Position numbers and translations under genes: made by a program
In this document: piece after piece, positions 1 to 11,258 of the stretch
Numbering within the stretch: the stretch's first letter is position 1
Layout: the number at the start of each line of letters is the position of its first letter
IMG/VR virus record: IMGVR_UViG_3300021375_000006
Source: a virus
Lineage: Duplodnaviria > Caudoviricetes
Reading direction: 5' to 3' (one strand)
Length of the DNA stretch: 64,000 nucleotides
Notes under the pieces: model-generated
The model's database searches: none
Seen by the model: the letters and a program-made list of their open reading frames with translations, nothing else
Told to the model about the DNA's origin: nothing

Positions 1-3000
1 TGAATTACCACCATTGAAATAATAAATTGAACTATTATTAATTGTGTTACAGTTCTCTGGGCTATCACACACATTAATATCTAATCTAAGTAAATTATTT
101 ACATCTAAATTATTTGAATCAACACTAATCCACTGATTAGCATTTGCATTAGGGATTGCAATACCTGCAGATAATAGTCTATAACCTTGTACATCTGTTT
201 TAATATAGAAGTGGTCAGCTCCATCGTATGATAGTGCTGTAAACCCATTATCTATAGAATTAATAGATTTCACTATTGCACTTGTAACTTGAGGTATGGT
301 TCCTTGGTTAGAGAAATTAACTCCACCAAATTGACCTGCTGGTATATCTAAAGCAAAGAATGTATTATTATCAATATCATAAGGTACTTGTAGCTCTTCA
401 ATTCTAACAATAGAATTATTAACACCACTTAATTGCCCTGGAATAAAATCAGGCTGTAATGGTTTTAATGTAGCTCTTTTTTCTGATAATATAATAGATC
501 TATCTGACTCTACCTCAATGTTTAAATTATTGTAAAGTTCTGGATATATCTTTGCTCCAGTAAATTGGTCTTCCTCTCCAATCCTAGCTTGAATATAATT
601 AGCAACACCTTGTATACCCTGTCCATCGATATAAATAGGCCCAAACTCTAACAATTGGCCATCAGTAGGATTAACTATTGTAAATTTCCAATCCTCTTGT
701 CCTAGCGATTGTTGTGGAATTAGCCTAGTAAACTTAAGTCTATATGTTTGTTCTTTTGAAGGGAATATTGCAAACCCATCGTTTATAGCAGGGTTATCTA
801 AGATACTTACCTTTACAAAGTCACTGCCTGGTTTTCCATCAACCTTTATATCGATCGAATTTCCAGTTTCAGCTAATTTAATTTCTGAAGCAATTGAATT
901 TCTAGAATCTTCAACATTTAACTCTAGGTTACTAGGGTTGTATACTGTTTTTGAAGATATTTTATAGAATTTATCAGATGTTGCCGCGTACCCTAATGTA
1001 GGAGTTTCAGATATTAATTTATATGGTGGAATAGCAGATGAATTTTCGCTATTAATATATGAATTAATATTTTTAAACTTAAGTCTTCCTGTGTTTGCAG
1101 AATCTAATGTACCGTAACCTGAATCAATATCATTTACATATAAACCAAAATATCTACTAACAGAATAATCAGTAGCAGCGTTATCATTAAATAGGAACTC
1201 TAGGTTAATTAAATTTGCACATGCTAATTTATTTCTTTGGAACCCACTTGTAATTAACTCATTAGCATCGATTAACGTAGAATCTTGACTAATAAAATCG
1301 CTATCTAAATACTCTCCTTTAGAAGTAAACCCTCCGTTTTTTAAATCAATACCATTAAATGAAGACCTTTGTAATTTATCAAAGTTCATTGTAATTGGAG
1401 TTTTAGGGAATGACTCAGATTGTATATGGTTTCTAATATATGTACCTAATTCAGAATCTCTAGATAAATCAAATGTTTTTACAATTTCACTATTCTTTAA
1501 AATCTCTTTTATATTATCTAAATTAGATTGTGTATCAAAGTCTAAAGTACCAATAGGATCTTTTACTCTAAAGATTACAAATTTGTTAGGTATTATTTTA
1601 TCTAACCAAATAGGAGCCATCATTCTAAAGTCTTCATCATGTATCTTAGAATAGTTATAGACTGTACCGTAATGGTAATCCTCTTCTATTTGATTTTCAA
1701 AAGTATCTTGTACTGCAAAGTTTGAGTAAGACTCTTTTACTTTGTATATTTGATCTGCAGGAGTTTTAGTATTTTTAAAGAATCTTTGTAGATCGTATGA
1801 CCATTGTCCATCTTTATTAACTGCCCATTTTTTATATTCAACTGATGCTAATTCTTTTGTAGCCTCTATTGACTCAATATACATTTTACCATTACTATTA
1901 ACTACTAGCTTCGCGTTAGTTGATAATTTAGGGTTTGTTCTTAATAGTGGTTTAGAAATATCATCTAAACTATAATTCTTTTCTAAGTCAAAATTAGGAA
2001 TTGATTTGTTAATAATATCAGCATCATCAACAGTCGCTAATGTGTATGTTTGGGGCAACTCTGTTTGCATCAAACAACCTTCACAATCAGTATATCCATA
2101 ATTAATTACAGCCGCAGAGGATAGCCCTAAATCAACTGGGTTAACCTGAACAGTTCTAATAGAATCATTGTTATATTCTGTTATATTATCTAATATATCT
2201 TGAGCATCATCAATATTAACAGCAACAATTTTATGTTGCATTGACATACACTCTAATACAGTAGGACCGTTTATTATTCCTCTATCACCAATAACCTCAT
2301 GTAATTCTTTTATATAAGAACTCCCATTTTCGGTATCTTTATGTAAACCATCTATGACATATAAATTCCAATAAGGAGATCCATCTTGAAATCTTGCAAC
2401 ACATGATAAAAATGCATAAAATACATTTTCTCTAGAAGCAATCGACTGGAATATATTAAATGTAGAAGAACCTGCAGGTCTTTCAAACTGAGTACTACAT
2501 GTACCTAAAATTATATTAGTATCTTCGGTGCCAGCATTACCAGTACTACCTTGTAATAAATCTGTATCGTTTCCAACTACGCCCTTCCATACATAGTTAC
2601 CAGTATAACCACTTGAGTTATAGTTTTCCCAAACAGCAAATCGCCTATCTGTGTCTAATGAATAAGTTGCATTATTGGAACTATCAACGATAACCTTACT
2701 AGCTAAGAACGTAGTACTTGGCCATGATAATCCATAATCAACTTGGTGCGCAGCCTCTAATGAAGTAAACGGTACTATATTATGTTGTAATATGTATTGT
2801 AATTTAGCCAATTCAGATAAAGACCCTACTCCATCTTCTTGATTAGCTCTAAAATAAAGTTTTGTAAGAACTAAATCACTGTCATTAGCTAAACAAACAT
2901 TATCAATTCTAATAGGATCTACTGTATTATAGTAAACACTAACATCGTATGTTTGGTATTTTATCCTTGCCGGGCAATCTTGTGCATACCCGTTACTTCC

Positions 3001-5547
3001 TTCTACCCAAGCACCTTGTTGAAATTCAAAGTATTTGTCATCACCGGCTGAATCATCATCATTATAGTAACCTGTTAATGCCGTAAACTCGGCAGGCGCA
3101 GAATTACTAAGATATGTATTAGCTATAACTTCATCAGTAAATATCTGTCCTCCTGCTGTAATAACTTGGCTTAATAAGACTGGCTGATTACTTTGATTTG
3201 TAGCATCTATTACGTTTTGCCAAACAGTTTGGCCGCCGTACTCATAAGTGCCTGCACATAAATCATTTACATCTTCATCAAAGTTAACTGTTAGTTCCCA
3301 TGCATTCCCTAAACTAACTTGACATTCTACAATAGTTTCTATTTTATCATAACCAAATGTATCAAGCTGTATAGCTTTGGCATCACCGCCACTATCAGCC
3401 GAAATCGATAACCATCTAGCATTTGGGTTAGAAGCACTAATCGGCGTTGCAAAAGCTGCATCTAAATAAATTTGATCTCCTGGCGTTAAATCAGCTATGC
3501 TAGTATTCCCGCTAGCTGCATCTAAATAACCAGTATTACTTCTAGTTGCTGAACAAGCTTCGTCCGAGTTTGTTACAAATGCAGAATACTTTATTGCAAC
3601 AGCTGTGGTTGGGTTAACAGTTATCACTACAGTATATGGGGTAGTTGCATCTGCATACCCATCATTAACCTGTATTACAAATGTAATTTGATCCTGTTGT
3701 GTTATATTATAGTTAGCCTCATACGTCCAAGCACCAGTTGTATTATCTAAATTTAAAGAACCTGGGTTAGTAATGCCACTCGAAGAAGTTGGCCCTGATA
3801 CGATACTCCATGCTAATGTATCTCCAGTATTAGAGTCAGAAGCAGATGCTGTACCACCAGTACTACTCCATTGATCTAAAGTAGTATTAAATGAAGTATT
3901 TGAAAATGTTGGAGGATTATTACCAGGTGCTAAAGTTCTTAATGTAATTGTACCAACACCACTTGATTCTTCACCATCTGTATCAGTTACCTTGTAATAA
4001 AAATACTCTTCTAGATTACTATTATTAGGTGTTAAATTAAGACTACTCTTTTTTGTATAAGTAAACGTAAAAGCACCTACGTTTGGGTTAACTACAAAAT
4101 CACCGTTCGTTAAACTTGCTGCAACTTGTGCTTCAGTTAGTGTATTACCGGTATTATCGCATAAAGTATATGTTAATGTTATGGGAGCATCATTATCATC
4201 TGTTGAACCAGCTGAGGCAAGATCTTGTTGTGTTGATATATTAGTAATACCAAATCCATTAATAGAATATGTTGCATCTCCAGGAACTGGGGCTTGATTT
4301 TGTGGCGGGTTAACTGTAACTTTAATAGTTCCAGATGCAGTTCCACCGTCACTATCTATTGCAGTATATGAAAAAGTATCTACCGCAGCAAAACCAGTAT
4401 TTGGTGTGTATATTATAGATGGTTGATTTCCAGTTAAAACATCACCTGCCGATAAATTTGACCCCTGTGCATTTGCATCCTGAATATTACCATTTTGCGA
4501 CACACTAGTCATTTCAATAGTTAATCCATTACCAAATTGATCTTCGACATCAGATACATTACCCTGTTGCCCTTGGTCAACTGACCAACCACTACCACTA
4601 GCAAAATTTAAAGTTATTGGAGTACCATTCATAGTCATAGTCCTACTAAAATTAGGAGCTACTGGAAAGTTATTACCACCGGTTTGTGAAATTGTGAAAC
4701 TTGTTGAAGCTACACTACCATTACTATACTCTGGATGTTGTAATGTAAAAGCTTGGCTTCTACCATTAGCAGTTGGGTTAGCATTAATATTAAATTCAAT
4801 ACTACCACCAGTTACAGTTGAAGATATAGTGGCTGAAATCCAATTAACTGTACTAGGATTAGGCACAATGTTACTCGAGTTAAATGCAGTTGAGTTATTT
4901 GTAATTGTAAAAATCCTAGTTGTACTATCTGCCCCGGCCGGAGCATTATATGTGGCATCATTATTCCAAGCAATCGCTGGAGCTAAAGTTGTCGTTGTAC
5001 CTGTCGCACTAGCTTGGCATGGTATAGTCTCACCGGAATTTGAATATCCAGTAGGTGCAATAACATCAACATCATAAGTTGTACTACCTAGTTGATATTC
5101 CGAAGGTGTGATAGTGCCTACTGTACCCTCATCTACAGCTACTGTAACAGTATCTCCAACTGCACCGGCTTGTATTAATACATTAGCTTCAGAACATGTA
5201 AACAGCGGTAGTGTTGTCGTTGTTTGAGCTATAGTTGTCGTACTTGTTGTAGTTGTCGTAAGTGTACTAACTAGACCTGCTGCATCTATTTGAACTGCAG
5301 CAATAGTACCATCTGATTTTTCAAATGCAAAAAAGTCATTTGTCCCTGCAAACGCATTACTTAAAGTACCTGAATCTGCATCAGGATTTTCATCATTGTT
5401 CTCGTAAACAGTTTCTCCGTTGGCAAGATCTAGCCCTGCCATATCAGCCCAAGCAGTAATAACAGTACCAGTCCCCCAGTTTGCTATCGCACTAGGTCCA
5501 TCGGTAAATCCAGTTGTAGTATTAAGTTGAAAACTTATATTTGCCAT
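1..5547 (-). CDS. Giant virion structural/adhesin protein, >=1849 aa, runs off the window start (not in ORF track)
   Basis: I translated it by hand from the ATG at 5547 (MANISFQLNTTTG...) to base 1 and found no in-frame stop. It has a Thr-rich linker, a BACON-like domain (~4980-4678), three Ig/cadherin-like Big_9-type repeats (~4677-3604), then a core with LLRTNPKLSTN, APIWLDKIIPNKFVIFR and NLINLEFLFND motifs. Confidence 0.85.
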   Translation of the reverse strand, partial: MANISFQLNTTTGFTDGPSAIANWGTGTVITAWADMAGLDLANGETVYENNDENPDADSGTLSNAFAGTNDFFAFEKSDGTIAAVQIDAAGLVSTLTTTTTSTTTIAQTTTTLPLFTCSEANVLIQAGAVGDTVTVAVDEGTVGTITPSEYQLGSTTYDVDVIAPTGYSNSGETIPCQASATGTTTTLAPAIAWNNDATYNAPAGADSTTRIFTITNNSTAFNSSNIVPNPSTVNWISATISSTVTGGSIEFNINANPTANGRSQAFTLQHPEYSNGSVASTSFTISQTGGNNFPVAPNFSRTMTMNGTPITLNFASGSGWSVDQGQQGNVSDVEDQFGNGLTIEMTSVSQNGNIQDANAQGSNLSAGDVLTGNQPSIIYTPNTGFAAVDTFSYTAIDSDGGTASGTIKVTVNPPQNQAPVPGDATYSINGFGITNISTQQDLASAGSTDDNDAPITLTYTLCDNTGNTLTEAQVAASLTNGDFVVNPNVGAFTFTYTKKSSLNLTPNNSNLEEYFYYKVTDTDGEESSGVGTITLRTLAPGNNPPTFSNTSFNTTLDQWSSTGGTASASDSNTGDTLAWSIVSGPTSSSGITNPGSLNLDNTTGAWTYEANYNITQQDQITFVIQVNDGYADATTPYTVVITVNPTTAVAIKYSAFVTNSDEACSATRSNTGYLDAASGNTSIADLTPGDQIYLDAAFATPISASNPNARWLSISADSGGDAKAIQLDTFGYDKIETIVECQVSLGNAWELTVNFDEDVNDLCAGTYEYGGQTVWQNVIDATNQSNQPVLLSQVITAGGQIFTDEVIANTYLSNSAPAEFTALTGYYNDDDSAGDDKYFEFQQGAWVEGSNGYAQDCPARIKYQTYDVSVYYNTVDPIRIDNVCLANDSDLVLTKLYFRANQEDGVGSLSELAKLQYILQHNIVPFTSLEAAHQVDYGLSWPSTTFLASKVIVDSSNNATYSLDTDRRFAVWENYNSSGYTGNYVWKGVVGNDTDLLQGSTGNAGTEDTNIILGTCSTQFERPAGSSTFNIFQSIASRENVFYAFLSCVARFQDGSPYWNLYVIDGLHKDTENGSSYIKELHEVIGDRGIINGPTVLECMSMQHKIVAVNIDDAQDILDNITEYNNDSIRTVQVNPVDLGLSSAAVINYGYTDCEGCLMQTELPQTYTLATVDDADIINKSIPNFDLEKNYSLDDISKPLLRTNPKLSTNAKLVVNSNGKMYIESIEATKELASVEYKKWAVNKDGQWSYDLQRFFKNTKTPADQIYKVKESYSNFAVQDTFENQIEEDYHYGTVYNYSKIHDEDFRMMAPIWLDKIIPNKFVIFRVKDPIGTLDFDTQSNLDNIKEILKNSEIVKTFDLSRDSELGTYIRNHIQSESFPKTPITMNFDKLQRSSFNGIDLKNGGFTSKGEYLDSDFISQDSTLIDANELITSGFQRNKLACANLINLEFLFNDNAATDYSVSRYFGLYVNDIDSGYGTLDSANTGRLKFKNINSYINSENSSAIPPYKLISETPTLGYAATSDKFYKISSKTVYNPSNLELNVEDSRNSIASEIKLAETGNSIDIKVDGKPGSDFVKVSILDNPAINDGFAIFPSKEQTYRLKFTRLIPQQSLGQEDWKFTIVNPTDGQLLEFGPIYIDGQGIQGVANYIQARIGEEDQFTGAKIYPELYNNLNIEVESDRSIILSEKRATLKPLQPDFIPGQLSGVNNSIVRIEELQVPYDIDNNTFFALDIPAGQFGGVNFSNQGTIPQVTSAIVKSINSIDNGFTALSYDGADHFYIKTDVQGYRLLSAGIAIPNANANQWISVDSNNLDVNNLLRLDINVCDSPENCNTINNSSIYYFNGGNS
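5215..5241. repeat. 27-bp dispersed direct repeat, identical to 38880-38906
   Basis: tgtcgttgtttgagctatagttgtcgt at both loci (TTTIAQTTT). Confidence 0.85.
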
Positions 5548-5583
5548 TTAACTTTAATTCTATTTTAGAGAATTCCTTCTCTA

Positions 5584-5592
5584 GTATATATC
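5584..5592 (-). promoter_or_regulatory. Late-type motif GATATATAC
   Basis: Intergenic, upstream of the giant structural ORF. Confidence 0.5.
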
Positions 5593-5613
5593 CTCACTTT
5601 GAGATACTACTTA

Positions 5614-8600
5614 TTACTGAGATATTGGTCTAAGTAATCTTGCAGCTTTAATAGAATTTAAGTTCTTTCCTTTAGCACCGTATTTAGCAAATACTTCTAA
5701 GTCAAATGAGAATTGTTCACCATACTTATCAAAAATATCTAAACCGATTTTCTTAGTATATGTTAAATTATTAAAAGCAAGTCTAGCTAAACCACCAACT
5801 CTACCAGTATCTATTTGTTCATCATTACCAAAGTAATCAGTCATTCTATATTGAAATACAATATCTACAGAAACTGCATTAGACTCATTATCTTTTTTAG
5901 CTTTAATTGATTTTCCAGATCTTTTGGTTTCACCGCTTACTTTTAGTGTGTCAATATTAACAGGCGATACAAATAAGAATGCACCACATGATTGTCCACC
6001 TAATAGGTATTGGTCACTAGCATCAAACGACATTTTAAGAGGTCTTTCATTAGCTATATCAGAGTCTGACGTTCCCCATAGACCATTACCATCGTGGTAT
6101 GCCATTTGTTGTTTTGAACTAATTTGATTAGTAGTTAAATCATAACCAAAAATACTTAACAACTGAGAACCAGTACCTTGTGTAGCCGACTTAGTCATTG
6201 AAAAAATCATAGATTTTTTAATACTTTCTAAGTCATAATTAGCGGCGTTGTTTTCAACACTGTCCCATATATTTGCTAATAGTGGGTGGTCTTTATGTAA
6301 GAATAAACCATTATTATATGCAGTTAATCCAATTGTTGATGTAGAAGTAACTTTAATTTTATTAGTATTCCAATCCCCAGTAAAGTCCTCAAAATCACCA
6401 GACCAAATAAAATCAGAATCACTATAAGTTCCAGTTGAAGTCCAAGGTAGTACTGTATTGTTTGCGTCAGTATAAGTACTTAAATCATATTCGTAATCTG
6501 AAATTGTAGGGTCTCCAGAAATATTACTTAAAGGAGCTGTTAAATAATGTGGGTTTTGATTAGCCACATCCATATATCTACTATAAACAAATTGACCTCT
6601 TCTTTGAGCAGATTGATATGGAGCCTGATATGTTTTTTCATATAAACCTGCTCCAGAACCTGAACCTACGTTCTGATACTGAATAGGTACTAAATCATAG
6701 TTACCTTCTTCTTGATAGTAATTATCTCTATTTACTTTATTATCAATTCCTGCGCCACCTTGATCGTTTAATCCAATACCAAAATTATTAGAACTTGCAG
6801 GTAAATCATTATTAGATGTAAAAGATCTATATACTGGTTTTATTCTATCACCGATTAGTCTAGATACTAATTCTAATTTAGTAGCCTTACTATTTTCTAA
6901 TTGTAGTTTAAATGTCTTAGTAACAATATGTCCCTTTCTAACTGTTAAGTCTGCAACCTCATCCACATAGTAACCAGCAAATAGCTGCGATGTAGTGTCT
7001 TTTGCAATATTAGTAACAGTACCTTCTTCGTCAACAATCTTAACAACCAATTCACCAACCTCTGCTTCAACCTCAGACTTAAGACCTGCTATTTGAGCTT
7101 CTAGTTGTGCAATTTTATCATAGACTGAAATTGGCTTTTGCTCTGGTGATAAAAATCCAGATGCTATATTAGTTGCAACGTGTGCGTAATAGTTTTCATT
7201 AGCAGTAAATGCATCACTAACGTGAGTAAATACACCTTGTGCAGTTAATTCTTCTGTAATTTGAACTTTAGCAAGTTCTGCAGTATTAACCTCAACTACA
7301 GCAGCAACATCAGTTGTATCAATTTCTTCTTCTGGGAATGAAACTTGAATTGGCTCTGACCAATCAGATAACATTGGATTAGCAGGGAAACCAGCTTCAG
7401 AAACTGACTTAACTCTAATCTCTACTAATTCACCTTGATTAATAGCAATATCTAATTGATTAAAGTTAATCTCTTGACCATCTTCAATCCTAGTATCTTG
7501 CCATGTAAACTTGCTAGAAATATTTCCATCATTATCAATAGATTTAGCTCTATCTCTAACTTTAGTTTTAGCCTCATTCCAATTTGAGAATACCGCTGCT
7601 TTTTCTCTATCTTCTTCTGTAAATTTAAGTTGTGCAACCTCAGCGGCTTTACCAGAAGTTGATAAGTATCTATATTGTACAACAAACTGTACAACGTTTT
7701 GATCTAAAGTATCTGCAACCTGTTTCGGTGCAGGTACAGACCAAAATCCTCTAATTCTATATTTAGGAGAAATCTTAGCTACATTAGATGAAGAAGATAA
7801 TGCCTGAATTTGTGTTACAATCGAGTTGTATAATTTAGCCTCAGAAGTTCTCTCTTCGATCAGCGAGTTTAACTCAGATTTATCTTTATCTTTTTGTACT
7901 TGAGATGCGTATTTTTTAGTTGCAATTTCAGTTCTCTTCTTAGAAATAGTATCATCTAATTTCTTAACAGCCTCTTCAACTGCAGCTTTATCAGCAGATA
8001 ATTTTTTAATCTTATCAGCAGAATCATTTTCAGTTAAGTGTTTATTAATCTGAACTACTTTAAAATTATCAGCTACTAGAGTTGGAGCATTAGGAGTTAC
8101 ACCTACCGTCGCCGGAGGAATATTATCTTGTTTAATAGACGTAATAAGTCTACCAAAGTCAGCCACATTCTCTTTGTAATAATCAGCTAATAAAATAATT
8201 GAACCATCTTCTTGAAGAATCTCTAAATCATTTGAATAGAATCCAGCACCAGGTGACCAGCTTTCAGCTAATATCTTAGATTCAGGATCTACTGCTTTTA
8301 CAAACATTAAGATTCTCTCATCAAATCCAATAGGTACTTCAATCGATAAATTATTATCTTCTACCTTGTAAATAGATAAACCACCTGCACCAATCTTAAT
8401 AGCTTCATAGCCCTCTAGCAATTCTAATTCAACCTGACGCGTCGAAGCATCAAGCTTATTAATCTTATATCTTGTGTTTTTAGAACCACCAGTGACCATC
8501 AATTGATCTCCTACGCGTAGTAATTCAGTCTCATCCAGATCTTTAGTATTATCTGAATACGTTAGTCTATCTAAAGTATAAAGTTTAATAGGCTGTTTAA

Positions 8601-9291
8601 CTGTTACTCCGTTCTCAACAACTTCTCTTTTAGAGTTAGAAATTGATAGGACATCAAATCTACCAGTATATTGTGTAGTTCTATATGGCATATCTCTTAA
8701 CTCTTCATCAAGTGTATATGCAATGTTGTTATTGACAATATCTCTAATCGCAGTTAGATAGTCAATACTATCCTGGTTTCTATAATTTTCATTAAAGAAA
8801 TCTACTGCAACTTGATTTGTACCATCAAATAAAATTCTTTTTACTAAGACTCTTTCTGTATCGTTTGGAATCTGCCCACTTACATCGATTGACGTAGTTA
8901 ACATTGGGTTTAAGAAATCCTCTGCAAAATAATTAGGCTTAGACTCAAACGCAGTCGGTCTTGATAAAGTAGTAATATCGTTTGCAGGCGTCTTTAGCGA
9001 AGTAGTAACTATATTTTGAAAAGTACCATCGGCTAATTTAACCTTAGTTGTACCTTTACTTAGACCTGCTAAAGCTTTTAGATTATTATCTAATCTCTCA
9101 AGCTCTTTTTTCATATAGCCAAAGCCAGGAACTGATACTATTTTAGTGCCCTCGTCAGTTAGTATCTCTAACGGGATGTCCTTAGCATTTGTAGTTACTG
9201 CTTCATTAATACGCTCAAAAGTCTTTAGAGAATTAGTATTAATCTCTAGCAGCTTCTTCAAAGAATTGGATATAGAGTTGTTAGTGTTCAT
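5614..9291 (-). CDS. Large virion structural protein (1225 aa; central coiled coil, FN3-like segment)
   Basis: Long ORF in the tail/baseplate operon; heptad-rich KIKKLSADKAAVEEAVKK segment and FN3-like VEIRVKSVSEAG...SDWSEPI. Confidence 0.55.
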   Translation of the reverse strand: MNTNNSISNSLKKLLEINTNSLKTFERINEAVTTNAKDIPLEILTDEGTKIVSVPGFGYMKKELERLDNNLKALAGLSKGTTKVKLADGTFQNIVTTSLKTPANDITTLSRPTAFESKPNYFAEDFLNPMLTTSIDVSGQIPNDTERVLVKRILFDGTNQVAVDFFNENYRNQDSIDYLTAIRDIVNNNIAYTLDEELRDMPYRTTQYTGRFDVLSISNSKREVVENGVTVKQPIKLYTLDRLTYSDNTKDLDETELLRVGDQLMVTGGSKNTRYKINKLDASTRQVELELLEGYEAIKIGAGGLSIYKVEDNNLSIEVPIGFDERILMFVKAVDPESKILAESWSPGAGFYSNDLEILQEDGSIILLADYYKENVADFGRLITSIKQDNIPPATVGVTPNAPTLVADNFKVVQINKHLTENDSADKIKKLSADKAAVEEAVKKLDDTISKKRTEIATKKYASQVQKDKDKSELNSLIEERTSEAKLYNSIVTQIQALSSSSNVAKISPKYRIRGFWSVPAPKQVADTLDQNVVQFVVQYRYLSTSGKAAEVAQLKFTEEDREKAAVFSNWNEAKTKVRDRAKSIDNDGNISSKFTWQDTRIEDGQEINFNQLDIAINQGELVEIRVKSVSEAGFPANPMLSDWSEPIQVSFPEEEIDTTDVAAVVEVNTAELAKVQITEELTAQGVFTHVSDAFTANENYYAHVATNIASGFLSPEQKPISVYDKIAQLEAQIAGLKSEVEAEVGELVVKIVDEEGTVTNIAKDTTSQLFAGYYVDEVADLTVRKGHIVTKTFKLQLENSKATKLELVSRLIGDRIKPVYRSFTSNNDLPASSNNFGIGLNDQGGAGIDNKVNRDNYYQEEGNYDLVPIQYQNVGSGSGAGLYEKTYQAPYQSAQRRGQFVYSRYMDVANQNPHYLTAPLSNISGDPTISDYEYDLSTYTDANNTVLPWTSTGTYSDSDFIWSGDFEDFTGDWNTNKIKVTSTSTIGLTAYNNGLFLHKDHPLLANIWDSVENNAANYDLESIKKSMIFSMTKSATQGTGSQLLSIFGYDLTTNQISSKQQMAYHDGNGLWGTSDSDIANERPLKMSFDASDQYLLGGQSCGAFLFVSPVNIDTLKVSGETKRSGKSIKAKKDNESNAVSVDIVFQYRMTDYFGNDEQIDTGRVGGLARLAFNNLTYTKKIGLDIFDKYGEQFSFDLEVFAKYGAKGKNLNSIKAARLLRPISQ

Positions 9292-9292
9292 A

Positions 9293-11233
9293 TTATCTTA
9301 AAATATCTACTTCAAATACAAAGTTAACTGGATCTGTACATACCAGTTCAATGTATGGTTTATTCGTTAGTAATTGCGATGGGTCAATATCTACAATATT
9401 TTGCCAACCGCCTGATTTGTTTGTCCAAACTTTAATGTTGTGACCATCTACATCAATAGTATCAAATGCAATTCTGAAAGATTGTCCTAATGTCCAACCT
9501 GTTACTGAATCATCAACATATATATTTAGGTTCCCATTTAGTGGATCGGCACTTAATTTATTCTTTAAGCTTAATCTATTACTATAAGAATTTAATTTAG
9601 TCCAAACACCATTAATATTAGAGTTTGAGTTATCAAATAGATTAGTACCTCCTAATACGCTACCACTTACCACACCAGATGCAATATCCCATTGGAATAC
9701 ATCGTTGACTACATAGCCTTCAACAGAGTTATTAACCTTAATTTTACCAGCAATTGATTTATCAACATTAGTACCTTTACCTGCAAAGATTACATCTGTA
9801 TTATACTGTAACTCTACTGGAATTGTACCATCAATTAGCTGATTAATTTTTGTATGTGCATTATTAATTAGGCTTAATAGTGCATTTGAATCTTGTAGTT
9901 GTAGAGACGATGCTGTAAAGTCATCCTCTAACTCTTTAATTCTACCCTCAAGTGTAGCAGCTTGTGCTGTGCCTAGGATAATATTCTCTAAAGAGTCTAA
10001 TCTCTCTACAATTTTATTATATCTATTATTAGCCTGTAATAACAGATCGGTTGCATTCTCTAACGCAGTGGTTGTGTCCATAAATAGGTCCATTGAGAAA
10101 GTAGTAAAGTCATTTACACTTGTCTCAACACCCACGTTATCTAGTGATGAATTAAATTTAAGATTTAATTTTAAAGAGTATGCATTACCATTTAAACCTG
10201 TAACTTCATTTGGCTTAAACTTAATTTGTTCATGGATTTTAGATCCAGGGCCATAAGCATCTGTAATATCATCTAAGATTAAGATACCATATAGGTTTGT
10301 TGCTCTATTCGCAGGAATAGAAGAACTATATAAATCGTAATAAACTAAAACAGCATTAAATCTGAACTGTTGTCCAGTCTTTGCATAATCCAGTAGTGAT
10401 TGAACATCTGGATTATTTTGAATTGGCTCATAAGATACAGTGTCCCAGTCAATTTGAACTGAGTTTGTAGCATTAGTTTGAATATCATAATATGCTGCAG
10501 TATTTGCCGTTGAACCAGCATCCACTATAGGTAATAAGTTGATATTTGGGTCAGGGTGCGTTTGCCCTTCTCTACCCTCAACATTAGTATTATTTACATC
10601 TAAATAAAGTTTAGTTGCAGACGTATTATAGTCTGTTGGTTTAAATAAAACTAGAGGTGTATAACCTACCGATGTCGGCACGTTAATATAAACTTCATGA
10701 TAAGTATTACCTTGATATGCTACGTCGTTCTCTGCGTCAATACTACCTAAGTACTTAACTACTTTATCGTAGTTCGAGCCACCTAAGATCGCATTATCGT
10801 TCTCAGCGTAGGCTCCTGTAGAAGACTCATTAGAGTCAGTTGGTCTAAAATCAATTGCACCCAATGAAGCTAACCACTTAAAGAAAATCTTTTCTGAATC
10901 TGATTGCAGTAAGATTGGGTCATAGTCATCGTCCTTTAGAAGTAGCTCTTCTAAATTCAATGCATAATTTTGGAATGTTTGTGCGAAATCCACATTCGGC
11001 ATATTGGCGTTATATGCTGCACCAGATTGTTCTTTCAAGTTCAGTTCAAAGTCGATAGTATTAGAACCATTAACAGAGTCTGTAAAATCAGGTAAGTCTA
11101 GTAAAGCGAATTTACTAAACTCAAAATTGATGTCAGCGCTATTAAATGCTCTAGTAATATCTTTTGCTGATGAAGCAAAAGCATACATCGTGCCGCCCTG
11201 CGGTTGTGGTATTCTTACTAATGGTGTTGCCAT
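9293..11233 (-). CDS. Virion structural protein, probably fibre/baseplate-associated (646 aa)
   Basis: Operon context; central coiled coil followed by a beta-rich C-terminus. Confidence 0.5.
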   Translation of the reverse strand: MATPLVRIPQPQGGTMYAFASSAKDITRAFNSADINFEFSKFALLDLPDFTDSVNGSNTIDFELNLKEQSGAAYNANMPNVDFAQTFQNYALNLEELLLKDDDYDPILLQSDSEKIFFKWLASLGAIDFRPTDSNESSTGAYAENDNAILGGSNYDKVVKYLGSIDAENDVAYQGNTYHEVYINVPTSVGYTPLVLFKPTDYNTSATKLYLDVNNTNVEGREGQTHPDPNINLLPIVDAGSTANTAAYYDIQTNATNSVQIDWDTVSYEPIQNNPDVQSLLDYAKTGQQFRFNAVLVYYDLYSSSIPANRATNLYGILILDDITDAYGPGSKIHEQIKFKPNEVTGLNGNAYSLKLNLKFNSSLDNVGVETSVNDFTTFSMDLFMDTTTALENATDLLLQANNRYNKIVERLDSLENIILGTAQAATLEGRIKELEDDFTASSLQLQDSNALLSLINNAHTKINQLIDGTIPVELQYNTDVIFAGKGTNVDKSIAGKIKVNNSVEGYVVNDVFQWDIASGVVSGSVLGGTNLFDNSNSNINGVWTKLNSYSNRLSLKNKLSADPLNGNLNIYVDDSVTGWTLGQSFRIAFDTIDVDGHNIKVWTNKSGGWQNIVDIDPSQLLTNKPYIELVCTDPVNFVFEVDILR

Positions 11234-11258
11234 CTACAGTTTCGGTTTAATTTAATTA

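Noticed and set aside
4694-5077. 127-aa plus-strand ORF from the track, and the other plus-strand or alternate-frame ORFs nested in long minus-strand genes (e.g. 5924, 7511, 9969, 47334, 61702)
   Set aside because: They lie entirely antisense or out of frame within well-supported genes, have no leaders or motifs, and have the composition expected of shadow ORFs.
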